Assembly (NCBI RefSeq): GCF_018977255.1
Contig: NW_024704742.1
Coordinates: 32,180,001-32,244,000, forward strand
Direction: 5' to 3'
Origin: Callorhinchus milii
Taxonomy: Eukaryota
DNA length: 64,000 bases
In this document: in pieces, positions 1 to 12,965 of the stretch
Position numbering within the stretch: the first letter of the stretch is position 1
Layout of the letters: each line of letters starts with the position of its first letter
Notes under the pieces: model-generated
The model's database searches: none
Seen by the model: the letters and a program-made list of their open reading frames with translations, nothing else
Told to the model about the DNA's origin: nothing
Translations under genes and position numbers: made by a program

Positions 1-393
1 AAGCGTTTCTGATTTTGTATTAAGGATACACTATGATGACTGGTTTCATATATTTTTTTAAAAAAAACAGTATTTGTTGGTGATTAATTCACTGAGAAAA
101 GGAGGAAAATAACTGACACCCATTGGAGAGGATACAATTATTCCATTCTCAAGCAGCATAAGCATTGCCAAAGAACAGACAGGCTCACAGCATGTTTGCT
201 GTCGTCTTGTATCCTGTGTGATTTTAATGTCACAAGATGGCACCAATGGAAAGTGCACAGGAACATCTTAATTGAATTCACATGACATCTGTTCCTTGAA
301 TCACATGGTTTATTTTAATTGGAAAATAATCCAAATTGCAATCACTTGTCCCACGTACCCAATCTGTGCTGATAAGATCCGTCCAGTACATAC

Positions 394-588
394 CTGAGTA
401 CATCTTCTTCAGTGAGCGACTGATCCAGATATTATCTGTAGACTTTGAGCCCTGAGGGTTCTTAGTGCTAATGTTTGTGAAGGTATTTGCTGGAACACAG
501 TGAACAAACTTCTCTTTCCGCAGGAGATCAATGTCGCAGGAGTCTGGTGACAGACTGAAGTCTCCCAAAATAATGATATCCTTCCCAC
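394..588 (-). CDS. EEPD1: EEPD1 coding exon, 195 nt: (G)GKDIIILGDFSLSPDSCDIDLLRKEKFVHCVPANTFTNISTKNPQGSKSTDNIWISRSLKKMYS; the terminal exon lies outside the window
   Basis: ctttcatttcag acceptor, G|gtatgt donor. Carries the EEP-family ILGDF motif, and TFTNISTKNPQGSKS is identical to the recalled human sequence. Confidence 0.96.
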
Positions 589-1262
589 CTGAAATGAAAG
601 TATGAGCAAAGTGATCATTTTATACAGTCCAGAGAACAGCATCATTTACCGAGGCGATGTTATCAGAATGAAACCCAACTCTGTCATGGTTCTGCCACCA
701 ATATGGAGAAGTGTGAGCAGAAAGCCCATGCATTCATACTTGGGGCAATTTGGCAGCACCGAGCCACCAGTGAACTAGAAACTCTGATTCCATTGGGAAG
801 TTGAGGAAATGCAGAGCTTTCCTTCTGTGATAAAACTGGTACTTGAGTAGCTCTGGTTTGATGCAAAGCCATTTTCTCATTCGTAACAGCAATGTGATCT
901 GCCTGTCAGCATTTCTGATTTTGCATTAAGGATCCACCGTGAGGACTGGTGGGGACATTACCTTCAATAAAAAGTGGGTTTTCGGCTTGAATGTGATACA
1001 GTGTGATACTGAATCATAAAGAACAGAGCGGTCTTAGTTTGGACCTTGATCTGTACTAAGTTTCTGATCTCACATTTAGTGGGAACACCACATTTAGCCT
1101 CAGCATTCCAAAGTCTAGCGAAAGGGCTGAGAGTGGGGAGGGGCGGGATACGTAGACCTGCGTTTGTGGAAATTTGGGGTTTGGGTTGCATGCAGTGTGT
1201 AGTGGATGGGGGTGGGTAGGGAGGGTATTCTGTTCTCCAAAGATCGAAAGTGTGTTCTTTAC

Positions 1263-1398
1263 CTTTCAGGGTATCTTGCAGCACATCTGTAAACAGGGAG
1301 GTTTTCTGGCCCTCGGGATGAGGTTTCACTGTGTTCTCTCCCAGGGCAACAGCAGCTTTCATGTGAATATTGACCAGCATTACTTCAATTGTTCCAAT
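1263..1398 (-). CDS. EEPD1: EEPD1 coding exon, 136 nt: IGTIEVMLVNIHMKAAVALGENTVKPHPEGQKTSLFTDVLQDTLK(G)
   Basis: ttctgtactcag acceptor, G|gtaaag donor (phase 1). LVNIH and LQDTLKG match human LVNLH and LQETLKG. Confidence 0.93.
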
Positions 1399-2363
1399 CT
1401 GAGTACAGAAACAAGTCAGAGTGAAATCACCTGCGGTGGAATGCTGCAGCTTGTTGAAATAAGTATATGCTTCTCTATCAGGAGGTTAATAATAAGATAA
1501 TCGTCCTCGCATTTGACATAGCGCTTCCACATCAGAAGGATTGCCCCAACACGTCCTTCATAGGACACACTGCAAAGTGCAGCAAATGTGTAATTGTAAA
1601 CAAATGCGGCAACCACTTTGGGCCCAGCAATGACCCACAAATAGCCCTGAAGTGAACGTCCATTTTTATTTGGGGGCTTGTTGGCCTTCTTTTTTTGAAT
1701 AGTGCTTCTGGCAGGCTGACGCAAGGATAGTGATTAAAAAAAATCTTACAGACACAGGTGCAATAATAATAATAATCCTTGCATTTGATATAACGCCTTA
1801 TCACGCCTTCGAGACGTCTCATAGCGCTTCACAGAATATATTGTAAAGTGAATTGTCTGTATATTTTGTGGGCGAATGAAGGAGACTCACTCAGTCATAC
1901 TCACTCCTAAGTGCCCGTTCTTCGTGCCTCTTCTAACTTGGTTCTGTGGTTGTACTGTAAGTGTTGCCCTATGTTTTCTGATTAAAACTCACAGCCATTT
2001 CCATCCGGACTGTTGTTAAGCACAAGCACAAAACCTTTTGTTTTGCTTTTCCCAGACTGAAGTAACCCAATTAACAGTAGCAGGAGGTGAAAACATCAGT
2101 GACCTTACTCCTGACCTTCCTGGTTCTACTGTAGTTATTTAGCTAATGGCAACTGTGATGGTGAGGTGAGGTGGGGGGTGAAAGACAGAGAAACTGTATG
2201 ACAGTATGATGGTGAAACAAAAAAATCCCAGCACTATTCAATGGAAGGTCTCTCAGGGCCTGATCCATTTGCTCTCCCCTTCACATTTATTCCTTAATAA
2301 ATGAACATAAACTCCTCCAGGAGGATTAATGTTGAACTGGCAGAAACAAAAGCGAGTGCTTAC

Positions 2364-2498
2364 TTTGAAACGGGCAAGGTAAGGCTTGGAGAGGTGGAGT
2401 TTCCCATTCCCATTGGTTTGTGCGTTATCCAGGAGGATGGTGGTTTTCATCTCGAGCCCTGAGCTGCTGTCCCAAAGGTAACCAGCGTACTCCACACC
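2364..2498 (-). CDS. EEPD1: EEPD1 coding exon, 135 nt: GVEYAGYLWDSSSGLEMKTTILLDNAQTNGNGKLHLSKPYLARFK
   Basis: tctcag acceptor, AAA|gtaagc donor. Matches human GAGYAGFLWD...NGHGK...PYLGRFK. Confidence 0.95.
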
Positions 2499-2704
2499 CT
2501 GAGAGCGATAAAGACGATAAACTGTCACAGATGTTGAAATGGCGATCAATGCATTTTCTCTCAGGACAAAGGAAAAACAAGCCGTTTGTTCAGCAAACCC
2601 TCAATAATCCAGAGATTGGTAAAATAAACAGGCATTAAAGCAAGTCAGGTAACAAACACTGAATGCAACCCATTTTATAATGACATCAGAATAATGAAAA
2701 ATAA

Positions 2705-2981
2705 TAAAGCGCTTCACAGAACATACTGTAAAGTGAATTGACTGTATTTTTTCTGGGCGAAATGCGGCAGCCAGTTGCACACAGCAGTGTCCCACAAACA
2801 GTTGTGGATTGAATGACCAAATTATTATTTTTTTAAGGAATTATTACCCCCGGAAAAGCGATCTGTCAATTGACTACCAAATGGTTCCTACTTACTGCTA
2901 GGTAAAGAGGCGTGTGGAGTAAGGAAACTTGCCCAACATATCTCCCTGCCGGGAATCGAACCCAAGGAGTTACAGGACTCC
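2705..2981 (-). mobile_element. SINE, long subfamily, partial
   Basis: Reverse-complement match to the SINE body and part of the head. Confidence 0.8.
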
Positions 2982-3479
2982 ACAGGAAAAAGGGGTAACT
3001 TGTCAAACTTCTAATGAAGGGATGAAAAGTATTAACTCATGAAAATAATTTTAGGAAATTCCCCATGGAGTAATCAATTGCAAGAGTGATTCAAGCAACT
3101 CAACATCAAAGATGTTTCATTAACTAAAGTACCTTCTTTATGCCATTTTTGCACAAACTGCTGGCACCAAAACTGGATATAGGCAGTAGTTCATTCTTTG
3201 TTGGTCATAATAATAATAATACTCCTTGCATTTGGTATAGTGCCTTTCACATCGAGAAGGTATCTCAAAAAGCTTCACAGGATAAACTGTGAAGTGTAGT
3301 GACTGTGTTTTTAGGGTGAACTCTGAAGCCAATTTACTCACAGCAAACACTGCACTATAGAAGAAGAGGTAGTTTCTTCTGGAGGTGTTGAACACCATTC
3401 TTTGGCAGGGGGACGGGGGTGGGGCAGGATAGGGGCGATTTATCCCGCATCAGAGATGCACAAAGGGATTGAAAGGGTG

Positions 3480-3745
3480 GAGCTCTCAAAGAGTATGGTG
3501 CTGGCCGGGCAGGGGAACGTGGAGCAGGCTGGAGCCTGCTAAGCGGAGGGGACAGACAGCTCAATATGGCGTTAGCAAGTCACAGAGGTAGGAAGGAGCA
3601 AGGGAGTGACTATCCTCTGGGGAGTCAGTGGAGCCGGGCGAGGGTGGGGGTGATAGGCTCACGAAGCCTGGTGCAGGAGAGGACACGAGCTGCAGAGTTC
3701 TGAATGATCTGAAGGGAAGTGTTGGGAAGGCCGATAAGCAGCTTC
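3480..3745 (-). mobile_element. Diverged L2 ORF2 fragment
   Basis: GAGCTGCAGAGTTCTGAATGATCTG reads QIIQNSAAR on the minus strand; ARLH motif nearby. Confidence 0.75.
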
Positions 3746-4043
3746 ACCCGCTTTACGGTGACAAAATGGCAACGTGAATGAGTTGGAGACTTCTTAAGGC
3801 AGTACGGACAATGCCAAGCGGAGGAGCTTTAATGTGCGTTTCATGGGACGGCTGGTACAAAACACATAGAGACAGACGAGTGTCGTGTTCAGTCAGGATT
3901 TACTGCCCAGCATGACGGCCACAGCAGTGATAAATGACTCCATTGTATGTGAAAACAATACCTTGTAACACTGTAAACATTTTTTTTCTCCAAAAACATT
4001 TCAGAGTTTTGCATTTCAGGTGAAATTTTAATTGGTTTCCAAC

Positions 4044-4154
4044 CTTATGAAACTGTCCAGATGGTTTCTCAGACACAGCACATTTCCACCAACCCCTCGG
4101 ACCTTTCCACCTACGAACATTAGGGAGAGTCGGCTGATTCATTTCCACACAGAA
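4044..4154 (-). CDS. EEPD1: EEPD1 coding exon, 111 nt: FCVEMNQPTLPNVRRWKGPRGWWKCAVSEKPSGQFHK
   Basis: ttgcag acceptor, AAG|gttgga donor, phase 0/0. Matches human FCTELNQPTLPNIRKWKGPRGCWK. Confidence 0.96.
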
Positions 4155-7100
4155 CTGCAAAGTAGAAATTCAGACTCAGTCAAAGGGCCTCTGGATTAAT
4201 TATTGTGAAAAGGTTAAAACGTGACCCTTACAGAAAGGATCGTTTCACATTAAATAGACTTCAAAATACATCCACAAAATATACAGTCAATTCATTTTAC
4301 AGTGTATTCTGTTAAGCGCTTTGAGACGCCTCGAAGACTTGATAAGGTACTATATCAAATACAAGGATTGTTATTATTATAAAATATTATAATAATAAAA
4401 TTGATTATAATATATTATAATAATAAAACCTCACATATGTGGTATCAGTTGGGACCATACATTTTGTATGACTTATGAGTCATATGAAATATGCAACGTA
4501 CGAGTTATGCGAAACTTAGAAATAATAGAAAATTCAACAGGATTTAGGCAGATGTACGAATTAGGCGATTATACGATTTATACAGTTCAGAATTTTGCGA
4601 GTTTTACTATACTCCCTTCAAACCAATTTTGAGTTTAAAAAAATCCAAAAGCCTGGAAATTAAATGAAGGGAACATGATGGTCCTACATTAGATAAGATG
4701 TGTTACTAAATATGTCACAGATGCCGACAGAGAGCTGCAATTACTTTGCTGTAAAAGGTTACAGCCTCCAGCTATAGGATTCTTATTGATCAAAAGCCAG
4801 CGTGCTGCAAGAAGTTCATAAGATTTAAGTGGAAACATTTTTTTTTGTCTGTGTTCAGACTTTTCGTTAAATATAAATTCAACCTAGAGCCGCGGTGAAG
4901 TACACATTGGGAGCAGAGGTTGGCTCAAGACACAAAACAGCACTGGTTTTATTTCCAATCTGACCTGACTGCAGTTCCAAGTCATGGTCACACCAAGTGA
5001 GTTTTCAGGTCTCTTCTGCAACAAGCGGTTACAATACAGTGGCTTCAACAAACACTCTTATCCAGTCAGTTCAATGTTTCTGAGAACGACAGCACTGGGA
5101 CTTTGGATAGTTGAAGGATGAAACAACTTTCTTTGTCCTCTGGTTTCTGATGATCTGAACGACGTGGATTTCAACAAATGACGTGTTGAAACCCGCATCT
5201 CCCTGGCGTGCCTACAATCAGTGTTTTTGTGGGTGGGGGGAGGGTGGTGGGGGGAGGGCAGCGATGAAATTTGAAAAACTGTCTATTAAAATATATTCTA
5301 AGCACAGTTTTGAGGAATATCAGGGTGGGTGGGGGAGGCACAGTAGGCTTGCGCACTGGTGCTTTCAGATCTGGAAGTCAAGACCAGAGTAGGGCGGACT
5401 GAATTCCCTCCTCTCTGATAGGCGACAGTGAAATATGTCCAAAGCAGCTTGACGTCAGCGTTTAGCGTATGATAGTGATGCACCTTCCTTTTTGATTATG
5501 CTTACGGTCACCTCCCCGCTCCCTCTCCCCCTGGCTCGGGGGTCAGACTCCGCCACTGTCAAGCACTCTGGAACACTGTCCCGTGTGAAGGACATTGTTG
5601 CTGTTGTTGTAAGGGGTAAACATCCAACGTGAACAAAAGAAGCGCAGTAACGTCAAAGACAGGTGATGGCCTGCCTCTGTTCCCAATCCCATCAGCTCTA
5701 CTCATCCATTTCCCCTGACCCCACTTTCCCAAAAGGTGGCAATATGGCCTGGCAGCATTTGATGTAGACACTTGTTGCTAAAAATGAAATTGTGGAACCA
5801 TTCCCCAGAATTAACAACCCACATCGTCACAACCAGGAAAAAATTAAAAGAGTGTGTGTGTGTTTTTTTTTNACAGAAAAACACCATATTGACAAATTAA
5901 CTTGTAATCCCTTGTTATCCTGAAGCATAAAAATCCTCAAGTGAACAAATGCGTTGTGGGTACCTGGCAAAGGGGCCTGGAGACAGTGATCCTTGACTGT
6001 AAGTCAAAATTACTTCTGTCGATTATAAGGATTTGTCAAACCTGGGCCTCCTAAATGCTAAATTGTATATACAGTACCTCAGTGTGCTGAAGGCAGCACC
6101 TGTAATGAATCTAAATGGGTGTAAGCACTGCACATATAGTTCATGCCTGGTTTACTCTTTAACCACATCAGTACATTTACGTGCACATGAACATATTTAC
6201 CATCCTCAGTACGATTACTTCTATGCTGGCAATACATAACCATCTGCAGTTTTTTTTTAGAATGATTAGGTCGAGTCAGCACATCGATGAAAATCCTCTA
6301 CACTGCACTGGACAACATCACACTCGCCTGCATCGTTCAACAAAAGCCACCCCATCATGAACTTCTCTCTCACTCTGACCCCTGTTAAGAGACTTCACCA
6401 AATCAAAGTTAAACAAGCAAAAAACTCTGCAATATTCTTCCATCTCCACATTAGAAAACCTCCTGGCCTGCGCTTCTCCCCCTTCCCCCAGTCCTAACAT
6501 CACAGAAACAATTGCGTAGAGACCCAAACACAGGTCCAACCGAGTTTGCGTCTAAGATATGGCAACATAAGGTTCAGTAGCTATGCACCACGTGCAGTGA
6601 ATGTCTCAAACGTGCTGCACATACTAAGTCTGTCATGTGCACATAAATCCTTTCTCTCTGGCTGTCAGGTGAAGGGCGAGTTACAAACCCTGTAAACATT
6701 TTATTGCTGCAGCAGCAGCAGCTAATGAAGATCAGTAAACCCTGAAAGTTAACTTATCCCCTGGCTTGTAAACACGTTGATTAGACACATTAGAACCTCC
6801 GTGGGAAAAGCCTGCAGTGTATTTACACGTTTTAGAGCTGATCTGAGACACGGCAGCACGCTCCAAACAGGAGCGCACCCAAAACACAGTCGTGTGCAAT
6901 AACGCCTGCATGCTCAGCACTCGCGCGCGTGAAGATATCTCCTTTTTAGGTGCGCTACCTCCTCGCAAATTAAAATCTGGCAACTAGAGAAAGAAGGTCA
7001 AACCAAAACGTTTTCAGATTGTGGTCACCATTTAGCCTGTGGCTAAGACTTGTGAACTCGGTCCTGAAACAGCAAGCAAAAGGTTAACTGGCTGCCCCCA

Positions 7101-7319
7101 GCTACGGAGGTCTTGCTGAAAATAGCATATGGTTACTGATACACACGTTATACACTCGGGTCAACTGCTCGAACGTTCCTCACTCACTTCATCCCACCAC
7201 CTGTGACTGACTCTTCAGACTCTGAGCCCCTGCTCTCTCCTGAAATCCCATTAACTTCTTTCTCTCACCGTCTTCAAAACTTTCTTTCACTATGCCTTTA
7301 GTTAACATTCAACTAGTTA

Positions 7320-7563
7320 ACTGTAGCTCAGTGGTTAGAGCACTTGCCTCGCAAGCGAGAGACCTGGGTTTGAGTCCCGGCAAGGCGAAATGTTGGGCAG
7401 GTTTCCATACGCCACACGCCTCTGTTTACGCAATTGGCTGCCGCATTTCGCCCACAAAGTATACAGTCAATTCACTTTACAGTATATTCTGTAAAGCGCT
7501 TTTTAGAGATGTCTCGATGACCTGATAAGGCGCTATATCAAATGCAAGGATTACTATTATTAA
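7320..7563 (+). mobile_element. tRNA-derived SINE, internally deleted
   Basis: Head CTGTAGCTCAGTGGTTAGAGCAC joined at GCCTCTGTTTA|CGCAATTGGCTG to the 3' half. Confidence 0.85.
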
Positions 7564-8014
7564 TATTCTTCATTTCTGCACCTCCCTGTTGAGTCCCTCT
7601 TCCCTCTATTGTTTCAATGAAGTACTTTTGAGACGTTTTAGCCTGCATAGAAAGCACTATATAAACCCATGTTGGCACTTTAATACTAGAATGGTGAATC
7701 TTCATGTAAGCACGGACGCCAAAGCTCATGCAGTATTAATCAATTTTTACTTTGAAGATCAAAAAGACACAGTGTTATCTGCTATGAACAGCTGATAGTT
7801 TTCACTAAACAGCATGAACTGGGAACTGGATGTCAGAGTTTTCAGAATCATGATAAGGATGATAAAATTCCACTGAAACAATTTACTCCTTTGTTTCGAA
7901 CTTTTCCAACTCTGACAAACATAACAAGTGGATACAGAAAAGGCCATTCACAATCTCACATCACTCCCTCCACAGTCCACAAAAAAATTATCCGGCCTCT
8001 TCTACAATAGAGCC

Positions 8015-8300
8015 ACTTCGTTGAGACGTCTCAAAGCGCTTCACAGAATATACTGTAAAATGGATTGACTGTATTTTTGGGGCGAAACTCGGCAGCCAAT
8101 TGCACACAGCACTGTCCCGCAAACAGTCGTGGATTCAATGACCGGATTTGCTTTTGAGGGATTATTACAAAATACAAAATTATATTTGTATAGTGCCTTT
8201 CACGTCGGGAGGACGTCCCAGAAAGTGAACTGCCAATCAATTATCAAATGGGTTCCTACTTACTGCTTGGTAAACAAAGGCGCGTGCAGTGAGGAAACTT
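8015..8300 (-). mobile_element. Partial SINE interrupted by an L2 3'-tail fragment at about 8168-8222
   Basis: SINE body match on both sides of the L2 tail. Confidence 0.75.
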
Positions 8301-11300
8301 GTGTATGTGTGTGTGAGTGGCGGGGGGGGCAAAATGGCTGACAGTCCTCCCACCAATAATGGAGCGGGTAGGGAGGCGACAACAAAGAAGCCGACTGAGC
8401 GTAGCAGAAGTGTAGGATTGGGGCATTGCAGTAGTGAAGGGGAAGAACAAGAAGGGGAAGATTCATGATAGTCATGAGCATTTCTGCTCATAGCTTAAAT
8501 GGATGCAATTCAATTCCCCAGTGCCTCGGTGCAATGATAGATTTCTCTTCCTCATGAAAATAATTGAGAAAAAAACACGAACGATATCTTAGATGGACAG
8601 AGCACGATTGCCAGCATCAACATTTCATAACAATAATTCCAACCAGATGGATGGATTAAGACTAAACCACTGCTATCAACAAGTTCAGCGAATCATTGCT
8701 TCACTGCTTCTGCTGCTTTTCACTTAAGGACATTCCATCGGGATCAGCCTACGGCACAGATGGAAAACATCGGTAATAAGATACCGTAGCATCATTTTAG
8801 TTCTATTGCAACTAACATCATGAAAGGAGCCACTAATACTTAGCAACATTTAGTTACAGCATCAGGCCATTACGCCCAGAGAGTCTGTCCTTCTGGGAGT
8901 CAACAGATCATTCAAATCCTTCTCTTTGAGACTTCTCAACAATGTGACAACGCACTATGTCAAATGTAATGATTATCATTTTAACATTAGTCAACGAAAA
9001 CTAACATTCCAAAGCACTGTACTCCAAACTGCTGTGATTTAAAATTTATGAAGCGGAATTATAAAATCCATTTTTTTTTAAAAAAAAGGTAAAATTGTTT
9101 TACTCCTGCACAAATTACAAACTTTCTGGGTGTTCAGCTAACGAGACGCCCCTGGCAACCATCCTATCCTTTTTCGGCAGGATAGAGTCATTCGATTCCA
9201 CCCTCGACACTTCACCTTTTGGGCTGACCGCTTAATCTTCCCATTCCTGCCAGGCTCAGCAGTGCTGACTGAACCGCAGCATGATCTTTGGTCGTGAGAA
9301 CCTAACTGCTGAGAGAGCATTTGGATGTAACGTAAAGGTCAACAAATTAAGCAGTGCCAGCCAGCATTTTGGCCTACGTTCAGTTGTTACACAGGGAAAG
9401 CAGCCTGCTTCATGTCCCCCTCTTACCCACACCCCACCATCGCAAGGCAGACTTTCAGCCATTCTCTATCCCGCAGTCCCTCAGATTCGATCGCTCCTTC
9501 CCCTCTTTGCGGGTCTGTCTCAAAACCTCTTTGACCGTGTTTTTTCTTAACTTTCTGTTCCCCACTGCCTCGCCTCCCACCCCCAGCTCGGGTATCCATC
9601 CACTTAAGCACTTTGAGACGACCTCCCAAAGTGAATAGCGCGAAACAAAGCTAAACTGTATTTCACCCAGAAAATATACAGTTAATTCACTTTACAGTAT
9701 ATTTTGTGAAGTGCTTTGAGACATCTAGAAGACATGATAAAGTGCTATATTAAATGCAAGGATTATTACTATTGCATTATCTACTCAACAGTAAAGGTGA
9801 TGCACAATGATCCGCAGCTATAACATACATCTTTTTCCTCAAAAGACCACTCATATAGCAGTAAACCTGGTTACATGCTCCCTCTTCTGTTACTACAACA
9901 AGAGTTTGTATTTATTGAACAGCTGTTCCTGTTGCTGCCCACAGGAACAAACCACTCCAACTTATTTTGGGAGAGTGCAGTAAGGCCTTGATTTAAATCT
10001 AGTGTATTTAAGTTGCACCATTCAAACATTTCAAGATCTAAAGAAAAAATAAATACTGCAAGTGTAATACATTTTACTGGGGGTGGTGGGAGTGGGGAGT
10101 GGGAGAAGAGAGAAAGATCGAGGATGAATATTCATCTCAGTGGTAACACATGGGCCAGATTCACTGAACCAAGCAAAACATGGTTAATGGACCAATTGTT
10201 TTAATTATACGACACACCCGCAGCTTCGGACCAGCTGGGGTCTTAAATGTCTTCATTAAAAAAGTTTACAGCTTTTGGTGTGCAATTACGTTATGATTTG
10301 AAATCAGGTTGGAACCACAGCCCTGCTGTTTCACCACAACCTTGACACCTGGGTCTCATCGCTTCCCAGACAAAAACAGAGTGGAGGAGAAGGCGGCCAT
10401 TACAGCTTCTCTTCCCGAACCTCCACGGGAATGGGGTTTGTGATATGCTGTGAATCAAAATGGATAAAAATAATACTTTTTTTTAAAGAAAAGGATAAAA
10501 ATAAAAAAAAGCCTGTTTTGCTGTTTCTTGTAACTAACATTGTGCAAAGTGTTGCCTGGTGACTTTCAATATTATTTGGTTCCAACAGAAATGGAATACA
10601 GCAAGAGCTTGTCAGTGTAAATATCCAAAAATAAAGCAATAATCAAAACTATAATCGAAACTAACGACCCAAAACATCCCTCCATAGTTTTTGCCATTTC
10701 GTTCATTTCAAAACAGCAGTAAAAGTGTATATGAACCATGTAAATGTTACAATCATTGCTTTTAAAAGAGCATTTTTTTTACAAAACAGCTAATGTTAGC
10801 AGTAGAATTGATAATCGTGTTTTATGCTGCATGTTGTTTTTCTCAATCAGTTCCAGTCGGCTTTCAGTGGAGATGTCAGAGCTATAGGAAATTATGAGAG
10901 ATTAATGTGCCACTGAAAGAGTATGTGTTGCAACTTCAGAGACATGGGTACCAGGTTTCAAATGAAAATCTGCAGTGGATTAGATGATGTGACACCGTGA
11001 ATGGATTTTTCAATGCTTCAACCCTTTTCACATAATCTGAACAGGATAAATATAGAAAAGCTATAACCACTTCCTCCAGCGGGCCACTAAATCCTCAACA
11101 CTTAAATCTCAATTCAATATGTCCGATGTGAAAGCTCACCTCTTGTTCAGCATCGTAACTGAGCTGACAAAGAGCACTGGTCAAAGTAATGAGTCTATAG
11201 GCACAGAAGAAAAAAATGAATGAAAAATTAAACGTATAAATGTATTTAGATGATATGAATATAAGAAAGAGACTGATGCAAAAAGAGATATCTAAAGAGA

Positions 11301-11354
11301 AACAACAACGAATTACATTTGTATAGCGCCTTTCACGTCAGGATGACGTCCCAA

Positions 11355-11957
11355 TCATAGAATTATACAGCACAGAAGGAGGCCATTCAGCTCACCGTGT
11401 CTGTCCCAGCTCTTTGAAAAGAGCTATCCAAATCAATCCTACTCCCTCGCGCTCTCCCATAGTCCTGCAAACTTGTCCTCCCCAAATAATTATCTACTTC
11501 TCTCTTAAAAGTTGTTATCGAATCCGCTTCCACCGCCCTTTCAGGCAATGCATTCCAGATCCGAACAGTAACGTCCCACAAGCAGCCGTGAATCGCTACG
11601 TGAAAAAAAATTCTCCTCACCTCCCCTCTGTTTCTTTTAACAACTATTTTAAATCAGTGCCCTCAGGTTACTGACCCACCCGCCAGTGGAAATAGTTTCT
11701 CCTTGTTCACCCTATCGAATCCCCTCATAATTTTGAAAACTTCTATTAAGTCTCCTCTTAACCTTCTCTGCTCCAAGGAGAATAATCCTAGCTTCTCTAA
11801 CCTCCCTTCATAACTGAAGTCCCTCATTCCTGGTACCATCCTGGTAAATCTCCTTTGCACTCTCCCCAATGCCTTGACATCCTTCCTAAAGTGTGGTGCC
11901 CAGAACTGAACACAGTACTCCAGCTGAGGCTGAACCATTGTTTTATAAAGGTTCATC
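11355..11957 (-). mobile_element. CR1 LINE 3' fragment nested in an L2 3' end (L2 pieces at about 11301-11354 and 11958-12125)
   Basis: LYKTMVQPQLEYCVQFWAPHFRKDV..LEQRRLRGDLIEVFKI and WNALPERAVEA, with a TTCTATGAT tail. Confidence 0.92.
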
Positions 11958-12747
11958 AAGGCTCTGGACAGTCAGGGATCCGTACCAGAGTTGATGGGGA
12001 GGGATAAGAAGGTGACCAAAGGCACGGTCAAAAAGGAAGGTCTTGAAGGAGGCAAGGGAGGGAGCGAGGCGGAGGGACTGTGGAATGGAGTTCCAGAGGG
12101 TGGGAGCAGAGAGGCTGAAGGGAATGACACTCACACACAACTGGGGTAACGTCTCAACATCCTTCACAGAGATGGTGGCGAGCTTTGAATGGGGGACAGA
12201 CTTTTGAAGGCAAGCAATATTCTTCTGATTTTCTAGGCTATACCTTAAAAAGGCTATACCTTGTTGTCTAGTATCAGAATATCATGATTTGATCGGCACT
12301 CATTGCTGCTTGTATACTGTAAACAAAGGTGCGCCCATATGCGTCCAGTGTGGTCATATTGCCATTACCCCCAGATGATTGAGCCTGGAAGATCTAAGCT
12401 TGAGGAGAAACATTGTAATAACCGCATATTTGCATAACTGACCATGGATCTAGTTTACAGTTATCTTTTGAGACTTGGGCACTCAACACCTGGCAACAGC
12501 GACAGACTCTTTGCTCCAGGAATTTTTTTTCCAGACCCTTTTTAGAAGATATTTTAAATTCCACTTATGGACGGTGGCTTGAAGGGGTATGAAGTTAGAG
12601 AAGAGCAATGCGATTTAAAGCACAGCTTGCTCTGAGATGCAGAAGCAATGGCTTCCTTCTGCACTGTAAATTTCTAGAATAGGGACGCAAAGACATAAGA
12701 GATTTAGGAGAAGTAGTTCATAAAAGAATGAGTAAACTATAAAAATA

Positions 12748-12965
12748 ATACTTGTATTTGATACACCCTTATCGTGTCTTCAAGATGTCTCAAAGCGCTT
12801 CACAAAATACACTGTAAAGTGAATTGACCATATTTTGTGGGCAAAACGCGGCTGCCAATTGTGCACAGCAGTGTCCCACAAATAGTCGTGGATTGAGTGA
12901 CTAAGTTATTATAGATTTTTTTTAAGGGATTATTACCCACGGAAAGCGATCTACCAATTGACTAA
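12748..12965 (-). mobile_element. SINE 3' half, followed by an L2 tail at about 12965-13030
   Basis: Consensus match. Confidence 0.75.

Noticed and set aside
640..900. Minus-strand peptide WWQNHDRVGFHSDNIASV, faintly like DIRS/Ngaro RNase H
   Set aside because: A single short motif amid stops; not supportable without a profile search.
2100..2117. TGACCT-n6-TGACCT nuclear-receptor half-site pair (EEPD1 is a reported LXR target)
   Set aside because: The spacing is DR6, not the DR4 of an LXRE, and there is no other support.
4430..4690. Possible Tigger/mariner-type MITE end (GCGAGTTTTACTATA)
   Set aside because: No matching opposite TIR or TSD found.
5872..5872. Single N base
   Set aside because: An assembly ambiguity next to a T homopolymer, not biological.
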